Of a stretch of DNA of 32,000 bases, positions 18,739 through 25,512 are shown in pieces. Both the position numbers and the translations under genes were made by a program. Position 1 is the stretch's first letter, and each line of letters starts with the position of its first letter. Source of the DNA: Candidatus Syntropharchaeum caldarium (GTDB lineage: Archaea > Halobacteriota > Syntropharchaeia > Syntropharchaeales > Syntropharchaeaceae); assembly GCA_001766815.1 (NCBI GenBank), contig LYOS01000002.1:150001-182000 (forward strand). Reading direction: 5' to 3'. The notes below the pieces were generated by a model. The model made no database searches. It saw nothing but the letters and a program-made list of their open reading frames with translations, and was not told the DNA's origin.

Positions 18739-18882
18739 ATGCCGAGAAAGAGTGTTAAGTGTCCAGTCTGTGGAAAGAAGGTCGATGTATTTGGTGCTGA
18801 TTCAAACTACATAAAACATGTGCAGAATGGAAGTGGTACGTTCTACCATGAGAAGTGTTTTGAGAAGCGGGAGATAGATTAA
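18739..18882 (+). CDS. Small zinc-ribbon-like protein (47 aa), absent from the ORF track
   Basis: ATG at 18739, TAA at 18880-18882. The translation is MPRKSVKCPVCGKKVDVFGADSNYIKHVQNGSGTFYHEKCFEKREID, with CPxC plus H..C as four potential zinc ligands. Composition is host-like. Confidence 0.4.
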   Translation: MPRKSVKCPVCGKKVDVFGADSNYIKHVQNGSGTFYHEKCFEKREID

Positions 18883-18930
18883 AGACCAGAACAGGCAATG
18901 ACAGAAGAATTAAAGTAAGTTTTTGCTATC

Positions 18931-19060
18931 AGCCAGGTTGTGCTATTTGGGGGGAGATACGTGTGGGGGTAAGATAAGGAGAATTTGGGGCGCCGATGGC
19001 GGTCGTTTTGCAACTCCTTTGTCTACTTCGAAGTATGTTATATGAAATTGCTTGGCGGAT
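18931..19060 (+). repeat. Island boundary repeat copy D (GC-rich, hairpin-forming; 3' core GTATGTTATATGAAAT)
   Basis: This copy shares GCAACTCCTTT...GTATGTTATATGAAAT with copy B; the 16-mer at 19033-19048 is identical to 23774-23789. An internal imperfect hairpin pairs GTAAGATAAGGAG with CTCCTTTGTCTAC. The 5' limit is uncertain. Confidence 0.5.
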
Positions 19061-19103
19061 GAACAATAAATTTAAAAGAAACAAAAGCTTATAGGTGAAA
19101 GTA

Positions 19104-20520
19104 ATGAAAACGCTTTATGATACAAAACAAGCAACTTTGTTTGGTGAAAAGACTCTCGAACAAGAATACTTAGAGTTAATTAATGGTGAGTATGGCTTCT
19201 CTAAACAAATTGACATTTTAGATAAAATTGATTGGGATTTTAAAGATTTTAGTACTCAATATCTCACACACAAATTTCACTCATATCCTGCAAGATTTAT
19301 ACCTCAAATCCCTTTAACTTTTATTAAAATATTTACTAGAGAGGGAGATACGGTTTTAGATCCTATGTGTGGTTGTGGAACAACGCTGGTTGAAGCATTT
19401 CTAAACAATAGAAATTCCATCGGAAATGACTTTAATCCTCTTGCAGTTCTGATAAGTAAAGTAAAAACTACATTAATTGATGAGACTGAGTTTAGATATT
19501 TGAATAAAAAATTGGCTGTTATGAAACAAACGATATTTAGACTTAGATTATCGAAGAATCGAAAATAGAGTAGAGAATCTACCAAACAGAAAGATTAGTA
19601 AAATATTTAACAGAGTAATAATCTCAAAATTAGAGTCAATCCGTGAAACTTTATTGGAAGTTAAAGAAGAAGGACATGATAACTTATACGATTTTGGAAG
19701 AGTAGCCTTATCATCAACAATTTGGTCACTGGTAGAGAACGGAGATGGAATAGATGTTGATGATTTATTTTTGAAGAGAGTAAAATCTATGAGATGCGAA
19801 TTAAATAAAATGGCTAAAGTTGTCAAAAAGGTCCCTAATGTAAGATTAATAAATGGTGATGCAAGAAAATTAGAAGTTGAAACTAATTCAATAGATCTCA
19901 TAGTAACGTCCCCGCCATATGTAAATGCTTTAGATTACTATAGAGCACATATGTACAATATGCTTTGGTTAGGTATGGATTTTGATTTATTCAGAAAGCA
20001 CGAAATTGGAGGGCATTCTCATTTTATAATCAACAGATTTAGATTGCTTTCTGAGTACTTAGGAGATATGCTCCGTTCAATGATAGAGATGAATAGAGTT
20101 TTGAAAAAAGATAAGTTATGTGTAATTGTGGTAGGTAATTCTAGTTTAGAATATGAATTAATTGAAAGTCACAAATTTTTTGCGGCAATGGCTAAGCATA
20201 TAGGATTTGAACCAATAAAAACAATTTTTAGGAATATAGATAAAACAAAGAAATATACAAGTGCAGACATTGGGAAAATTGATGATGAGTATATATTAAT
20301 AATGCAAAAAAATAATGATACAGAAGTTACAGCTGATGATGATAATTTCATTGCAGAAATCGTAAAACAACAAATGAATGGATTTAGAGAACAAATAAAG
20401 AGAATTCAGGGCACTTCAATTAGGGGAAGAAAGCCTACAAAAGAGAGATTGTTAAAAAATATTGATAAGATAAGTGAAGCAATAGAAACAATACCTCAAG
20501 ACATCAAGATAAAGGGATGA
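19104..20520 (+). pseudogene. DNA methyltransferase (N4-cytosine/N6-adenine class, SPPY motif IV) interrupted by one frameshift
   Basis: ORF 19095/19104-19568 carries FHSYPARFIP and the AdoMet motif LDPMCGCGTT. ORF 19654-20520 carries IDLIVTSPPYVNALDY. The second frame is actually open from 25 codons further up (19525) and overlaps the first. The switch from frame 0 to frame 1 must therefore lie within 19525-19565. Confidence 0.65.
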
Positions 20521-20524
20521 AAAT

Positions 20525-21250
20525 ATGAAAAAATTGATTAGTAAAATAGTCCATTCTATTTTAACTGGCGAGGATTATCGTACTTATGTCCTCGCAACGA
20601 TAAATAAAAGGTTTATTGACAAAGTGCAGGAGTTAACCACTGAGATTTTTGAATACAAAAGAAAAGGAGATGTTTGGCTAGAAAAACTATTGGATGACAC
20701 CTATGAAAAGAAGGGAAAAGAGAATAAATTTAAACTCTTATGGTTTGGCGGATTAAATGATAAGACTGTAAAAAATATGACGGGGGGAACATCTAAAAAG
20801 GAAGTGTGTTTGGATCTGGGAAAAAAGAATATCGAAGCATTTAGATTATTGTTGAGTGAGATTGAAAGTAGCGAGAATCTTTATCAAATAAGGATAATAA
20901 TTAAGAAAGATACCGAGCAAGTTGAGTTGGACGAAATAGAAAGTATAATTTTTGTTAATACTATCTCAGCAATGAAACTCACTATACAAGGAGGAGCTTG
21001 GAGCGAAGTGGGAAAGCAAACCGAAAAAAGCTTACTATTTACTATATTTCAATTGCTTAAAATTCCAGAAGAGGACTATGTTTTGATATTTGATGAGATG
21101 AAGAAAAAAGATTTAGTAGGCAATAGAGAAATTGATGCCATAATTTTTAATAGAGATAAAGAACCCCTGACTGTTGAATTGAAACTACTAGGAATAGGGA
21201 ACCCTGAGATTGGGGATGAAGCACTTGCTAGAAAAGTAGATTTGTTTTTA
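20525..21250 (+). pseudogene. 5' fragment (242 codons) of a ~399-aa PD-(D/E)xK-like protein, candidate restriction endonuclease partner, interrupted by IS630
   Basis: The gene starts 5 nt after the methyltransferase. EIDAIIFNRDKEPLTVELK fits a D...ExK nuclease core. The reading frame runs straight into the IS end, and its TAG stop (21251-21253) is supplied by the IS terminus. Confidence 0.5.
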
Positions 21251-21296
21251 TAGTCTCCTGCAAAACTTTATCTACTATCCCATCTCATTCCCTCCT

Positions 21297-21956
21297 GTGA
21301 GGGGAGAACGAATATCAATCAGGAAGTTTGAAGAGGTTGGGTCACTGTTAAAGAGCGAGAAGGATCCAGTGGTGAAGCAAAAACTCTCTTTTCTCCTGTT
21401 TGCAGGAGAAGATTGTCTGTATTTTGAAAGAGCTGTTGAGGCGACCGGTATCGATATTACAACTGGCTACACATGGATAAGGATGTGGAATGATCTGGGA
21501 TACGAAGGGCTTCTTTCAAGCCCAAATAAAGGAGGTAGACCTCCCAAGCTCACTGACGAAGATCTCGAAGATCTACGGAATATTCTGGAATCTAAGGATT
21601 ACTGGACGACAAAAGAGGTAACAGTGCTCATCAAAGAGGTCTTCATGAAGAAACTATCAGAAGATCAGGTTAGACGCATTTTGAGGGATAAGCTGGGGAT
21701 GAGACTATCAAAGCCATATCAACATGACTATAGAAGACCAGATAACGCCGAAGAGATCTTGAAAGATCGAGTGGAAGCAACTTTGAGTGAGCTTGAAACG
21801 AAAGGATACAAGAGGGAAGAAATAGCAATCGGGTTTGTAGATGAGAGTTCTCCTCAAAATACTGCCAATACGGTTAGGGTCTGGAGTTTTGGTAAGCCGC
21901 ATATAAAAAAACACCACAAGGATGAGATCCAATGCGATGGGGTTCTATCCGATTAG
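21297..21956 (+). CDS. IS630-family transposase, N-terminal part (HTH domains and first catalytic Asp)
   Basis: 219 aa starting at GTG, with GGRPPKLT and wHTH segments, then IGFVDESSPQNT (first D). It ends shortly after an A7 run at 21905-21911. Confidence 0.8.
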   Translation: MRGERISIRKFEEVGSLLKSEKDPVVKQKLSFLLFAGEDCLYFERAVEATGIDITTGYTWIRMWNDLGYEGLLSSPNKGGRPPKLTDEDLEDLRNILESKDYWTTKEVTVLIKEVFMKKLSEDQVRRILRDKLGMRLSKPYQHDYRRPDNAEEILKDRVEATLSELETKGYKREEIAIGFVDESSPQNTANTVRVWSFGKPHIKKHHKDEIQCDGVLSD

Positions 21957-22332
21957 AGGAGAAGAGGTGATAATTTTTCCTGAGAATTCAAAGATAGAGA
22001 GCTTCATTGACTTTTTGAGGGCGATACGGGCGGTTAATGATGATTACAAAGCGATTATCGTGGTACTCGATAACTTCAGCACGCACGTATCGAATAGGGT
22101 GAAAAAAGAGGCCGAGCAGCTCGGGATATATCTCGTTTACCTCCCACCATACTCGCCCGATCTCAATCCGATCGAGTTTGTATGGAAGAGCATCAAAAGA
22201 GTCATCTCGATTCTTTTTGTGGATAACGTAGAGGTTCTGAGGAGGATAATCGAAAGAACATTCAGTAGGCTTGCAGAGAGCTTATCATTTGCTAAGTCGT
22301 GGATAGAAAAATTCATCCCATCGTGGATTTAG
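21922..22332 (+). CDS. IS630-family transposase, C-terminal DDE part (frame +1 relative to the N-terminal part)
   Basis: VVLDNFSTHVS (second D) and LPPYSPDLNPIEFVWKSIK (E) give the DD..E spacing typical of IS630/Tc1. The frame is open from 21907, inside the A7 run. The stop lies within the right inverted repeat. Confidence 0.8.
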   Translation: MRSNAMGFYPIRGEEVIIFPENSKIESFIDFLRAIRAVNDDYKAIIVVLDNFSTHVSNRVKKEAEQLGIYLVYLPPYSPDLNPIEFVWKSIKRVISILFVDNVEVLRRIIERTFSRLAESLSFAKSWIEKFIPSWI

Positions 22333-22349
22333 TTTTGCGGGGGACTATA

Positions 22350-22823
22350 ATTAGAAAAAACATAAAATTTACAAAAGCAGAATCTCCTGATTTTACTATT
22401 CATACAGAAAACAAGAATATTTTTATAGAATGTGGAAGTGCTCACTTATCTAAACCAAAACTTGGCGATATTAAATATAAAATATACTCAGTAATTAATA
22501 AAAAATCGAGCAAACCATATTGTGATCCCACTACTGCCTTGTTTATTGACATTACAAATATCTACTACAACAGCTTGATAAATGAAATTTTGGTAGAAAG
22601 AGACGAAATAAGAGAAGATGTTAAAAATGCTTTGGAACATACACAATTCGGAAATGTCATTCTGTTTGCCTATATTCTAAATAAAGATTTAAATAGATTT
22701 GAATCTGTCTATATTCGAATAGACAATAAAAATACAGAGGAAACACTATTGAATTTTCTTAACGATGGTTATCCATTCAGTGAACATACAGTTTATAATT
22801 TTGCAATCCCTTCAGATAGTTAA
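22350..22823 (+). pseudogene. 3' fragment (157 codons) of the IS-interrupted ~399-aa gene
   Basis: This ORF has no start codon of its own outside the IS; the listed GTG at 22299 lies inside the IS. Removing 21251-22349 (IS plus one TA) joins ...KVDLFL to IRKNIKFTKAESPDF... in frame. Confidence 0.5.
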
Positions 22824-22837
22824 GGTGGAGGTAAAAT

Positions 22838-22953
22838 GGCATTGTTAGGCTTTCGCACAACAGCGGATAAAAGGCTTCGCTACGCCTTGCCCAAATTGCC
22901 TTCGGCAACTTCTTTTATCCGCAAAACGTTAAGTGAAATGCCCGCCATTGCCC
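22838..22953 (+). repeat. Island boundary repeat copy A (long imperfect hairpin with AAC and GTT boxes)
   Basis: Outer arms GGCATTGTTAGGCTTTCGCAC (22838-22858) and GTGAAATGCCCGCCATTGCC (22933-22952) pair with bulges. A perfect 11-bp inner stem pairs GCGGATAAAAG (22863-22873) with CTTTTATCCGC (22912-22922). The apical part contains TTGCC-TTC-GGCAA. The boxes are GCACAAC (22855-22861) and GTTAAGT (22928-22934). Confidence 0.6.
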
Positions 22954-23003
22954 TGAAAAGATTTAAAACCGAGAATGAAATAAAAAATAATAGGTGGCAA
23001 AAA

Positions 23004-23300
23004 ATGAAAAAATCACTTGATGAGATAAAAGAAATTATCGAAAAACACAAGGAAGAGCTTAAAGAAAAGTATGGTGTTAAAGAAATTGGTATCTTCGGCT
23101 CTTTTGTGAGGGGAGAAGCGAAAGAGGGCAGTGATGTTGACATACTGGTTGAATTCGAAAAACCAATAGGATTCTTTAAATTTCTCGAACTGGAGGAATA
23201 TCTGAGCAATTTGATAGGTGGAAAAGTAGACCTTGTATCTAAAAAAGCACTTAAGCCACACATTGGAAAATATATTCTTGAAGAGGTTGTAACAGTATGA
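23004..23300 (+). CDS. Minimal nucleotidyltransferase (MNT), antitoxin of a HEPN/MNT module
   Basis: 98 aa from the ATG at 23004, which is preceded by TAGGTGG. It carries GIFGSFVRGEAKEGSDVDILVEF (GS...DxD). The listed 56-codon N-terminal extension merely translates repeat copy A. Confidence 0.85.
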   Translation: MKKSLDEIKEIIEKHKEELKEKYGVKEIGIFGSFVRGEAKEGSDVDILVEFEKPIGFFKFLELEEYLSNLIGGKVDLVSKKALKPHIGKYILEEVVTV

Positions 23301-23641
23301 AAAGAACATACAGGGATTACATACTGGACATCTTGTCATCTATTCAGGAAATTGAAGAATTTGTTGAGGGTATGGACTTTGAAGAGTTCGTAAAGGATAG
23401 AAAAACTGTAAATGCTGTTATTAGAAGTCTGGAAGTGATGGGCGAGGCTGTGAAGAAAATTCCTTTAGAAATCAGGGAGAAATACCAAGAAATTCCGTGG
23501 AAATACATTGCAAGTATGAGAGATAAATTGATTCATGAATATCACGGCGTTGATTTAGAAATTGTATGGGAAGTCATAGAAAAGGAAATTCCACCTCTCA
23601 AACCCAAATTTGAAAAAATATTGGAGGAGTTGAAGGGGTGA
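23297..23641 (+). CDS. HEPN domain protein (DUF86-type), toxin of the HEPN/MNT module
   Basis: 114 aa with an ATGA overlap with the MNT gene. The RDKLIHEYHGVD segment carries the Rx4H HEPN motif. Confidence 0.85.
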   Translation: MKRTYRDYILDILSSIQEIEEFVEGMDFEEFVKDRKTVNAVIRSLEVMGEAVKKIPLEIREKYQEIPWKYIASMRDKLIHEYHGVDLEIVWEVIEKEIPPLKPKFEKILEELKG

Positions 23642-23800
23642 AGTTAAAAGGCGACAGCGAGCACTCTGCCATGCTTCGCACCTTGCCCTTCGAGTCACTT
23701 AACAGCGTGTATCTGGCTTCGGCTTACGCTCCACCCAAAGGGTGCGCTCCGCAACCTCTTCGCATACCCCGCCGTATGTTATATGAAATGGCGTCTTTAA
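23642..23800 (+). repeat. Island boundary repeat copy B
   Basis: Shared blocks are GCTTCGCACCTTGCCC (23673-23688), CAACCTCTTCGCATACCCCGCCG (23752-23774) and the 16-mer at 23774-23789. The boxes are ACTTAAC (23697-23703) and GTTATAT (23778-23784). The end arms AAAGGCGAC (23647-23655) and GGCGTCTTT (23790-23798) are complementary. Small internal hairpins are AGCGT...ACGCT and CACCC-AAA-GGGTG. Confidence 0.6.
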
Positions 23801-23819
23801 GAACATGGAGGTATAAGAA

Positions 23820-24593
23820 ATGGGAAGAAAAATCTTGAAGAACAAGCCTCTTGTAGAGGCGATTTTTGAGCTGCGATGGGAACTACAGGAGCCAGCACAA
23901 GGGATGAAAATAGATCCACATTATAAAATACTGATTGGTAGGATGTATGACAGGGTAAAAGATGAATACCCCTTCCATGAGCAGTTACCTACCGCAACTA
24001 TGCCAGACGAAATCGCAGGATATGTTGTCCAGCACAGATTTCGGAAAGATAAGGACAAGTGGCCTCTTATTCAAATAGGCCCTGGAATTGTTACTTTAAA
24101 CGATACTGAAGGATATATATGGGAAGATTTCGAAAATAGGGCATACTATCTCCTGGATACACTTTTTGAAGCGTATCCAGATGCGGAGAACAATTTGAAA
24201 CCTAATGGGTTGTTGTTAAGGTATATTGATGCCGTTGATTTTAATTATGAAAAAGAGGATATATTCACTTTCTTGAAAGATAAATTGAAAGTAACCATAC
24301 AAATGCATGGAGAACTTTTTGATGAGACTGGCGTTAGTAATTTACCTTTAGGTTTTGATTTAAAATTTTCTTTTCCCTCTGCAAAGCCTAATGGAGTAGT
24401 TCACTTGCGATTTGTCCGGGGAAAGAGAAAAGATATAGATGCCTTAATATGGGAAACCCATGTTCAATCAATTGGTGACGATGCTCCTAAAGTAAAGGAT
24501 GAAATTAGGAGGTGGGTAGTAAATGCACATGAATTGACAGATGATTGGTTTTTTAAGATGATTGAGGGAGAGTTGTTAAGGAGGTTTGAATGA
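23820..24593 (+). CDS. Uncharacterized protein, TIGR04255-like (sporadically distributed family)
   Basis: 257 aa with GGAGGT 8 nt upstream of the ATG. The N-terminus KPLVEAIFELRWEL and the ~260-aa length match my recollection of the TIGR04255 family. This was not checked against any database. Confidence 0.5.
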   Translation: MGRKILKNKPLVEAIFELRWELQEPAQGMKIDPHYKILIGRMYDRVKDEYPFHEQLPTATMPDEIAGYVVQHRFRKDKDKWPLIQIGPGIVTLNDTEGYIWEDFENRAYYLLDTLFEAYPDAENNLKPNGLLLRYIDAVDFNYEKEDIFTFLKDKLKVTIQMHGELFDETGVSNLPLGFDLKFSFPSAKPNGVVHLRFVRGKRKDIDALIWETHVQSIGDDAPKVKDEIRRWVVNAHELTDDWFFKMIEGELLRRFE

Positions 24594-24985
24594 TGTATCA
24601 ACCAACATTGCGAGATGTTACGTACCAAGGTTATCCAATTCAATATTCCTCCGCCGTAAGTTCGGAAATAGAGGAGATAGACAAAAATGACATATGGGAT
24701 AATTTATTATCTACTTTAATTCGGGAGAAACGGTTTAGAAAGCCTTCTTTATATCATAATTTGATATTTTTACTTGAAAATGATTGGTCTTCAGTTTGGC
24801 CACGTTTTGGGATAAAAAATGAAACATCGCTGATTGAAGAAAGATTCGAAAAAAGAATTCCAGAAGATATGCTGGAATTCGATATTATTGTACGGATGCC
24901 ACCGATGAAAGAGTGGGTTGCACGGTTAAAAGTGAGAAATGTAGAAAAAGCAATGCCACACATTGTAGAACCGGAGGAGATCTGA
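24590..24985 (+). CDS. Hypothetical protein (131 aa), translationally coupled to the upstream gene
   Basis: ATGA overlap with the upstream stop, and AAGGAGGT 5-12 nt upstream. I recognise no motif. Confidence 0.5.
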   Translation: MMYQPTLRDVTYQGYPIQYSSAVSSEIEEIDKNDIWDNLLSTLIREKRFRKPSLYHNLIFLLENDWSSVWPRFGIKNETSLIEERFEKRIPEDMLEFDIIVRMPPMKEWVARLKVRNVEKAMPHIVEPEEI

Positions 24986-24987
24986 CG

Positions 24988-25506
24988 ATGAAAGAATATC
25001 TTTGGTATGAGACTGTAAATGGAAAAGATGACTTGATGCAGGGAGATTTTATTAAGGAGTGTCCTATAGTAATTCCGCCTTCAGAAATATCCGACGAAGT
25101 AGAGGTTCGTATTATAAACTATGATGTAGTTACTATGAGCCAGTCATGTGATCTCATCCAACGAAAACTTGATTTAGTTTTAGTTTGTCCGATTTGGCCT
25201 CTAAGTGAATTTGAGAAGAGAAGTGACTTTTTCAAAAGTAGAAAAGGAAAAGAAGCACTAAGACAAGGGAATGTCCATGGATACCACTTATTAAACAAAT
25301 GTGAAATAGATGGATTCGAAACGGAGTATTTAGTTGTTGATTTCCGTAGTGTTTATAGTGTCCCTTTTGATTTCCTTGTAGAATTATCCCAAAAGAGGGG
25401 TACAAGGCTGCGTCTACTCCCACCTTACAGAGAACATTTATCTCAAGCTTTTGCAAGATTCTTCATGAGAGTTGGATTGCCTGTTGATATACCTCCATTT
25501 AAATGA
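24988..25506 (+). CDS. Hypothetical protein (172 aa), third gene of the operon
   Basis: The ATG at 24988 lies 2 nt after the upstream stop, with GGAGGAG upstream; the listed start at 24913 is an overlap artefact. QGDFI...VVTMSQSCDL....LDLVLVCPIWP loosely recalls the GD...VVxSxx....xVVAPIT pattern of PemK/MazF-like SH3 toxins. This resemblance is very tentative. Confidence 0.45.
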   Translation: MKEYLWYETVNGKDDLMQGDFIKECPIVIPPSEISDEVEVRIINYDVVTMSQSCDLIQRKLDLVLVCPIWPLSEFEKRSDFFKSRKGKEALRQGNVHGYHLLNKCEIDGFETEYLVVDFRSVYSVPFDFLVELSQKRGTRLRLLPPYREHLSQAFARFFMRVGLPVDIPPFK

Positions 25507-25512
25507 TGGATA

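Larger units (their letters stand above)
21251..22347 (+). mobile_element. IS630/Tc1-mariner family insertion sequence (~1.1 kb), TA target duplication
   Basis: Imperfect terminal inverted repeats: TAGTCTCCTGCAAAACTTTATCTAC (left) against the reverse complement of the right end, TAGTCCCCCGCAAAACTAAATCCAC. TA flanks both sides; because the junctions read TATAG...CTATA, the ends are ambiguous by 2 nt. The element encodes a two-frame DDE transposase. Its GC looks host-like and higher than the surrounding island. Confidence 0.85.

Noticed and set aside
18700-18895. The small zinc-ribbon ORF might itself be a cassette, because GTTCCCT (18709-18715) precedes it and CCAGAAC-AGGC (18886-18896) follows it.
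   Set aside because: Only GTTC/GAAC (4 nt) are complementary, no repeat body is present, and the composition is host-like. The evidence is too weak to extend the array leftward.
23638-23838. Listed ORFs of 66 aa (23638-23838) and 70 aa (25503-25715), plus the first 56 codons of ORF 22836-23300, could be small proteins.
   Set aside because: They coincide exactly with repeat copies B, C and A. The nucleotide blocks shared by the copies are read in different frames in each ORF, so the predicted peptides are unrelated. The conservation is therefore at DNA or RNA level. The real MNT start, at 23004, has its own ribosome-binding site.
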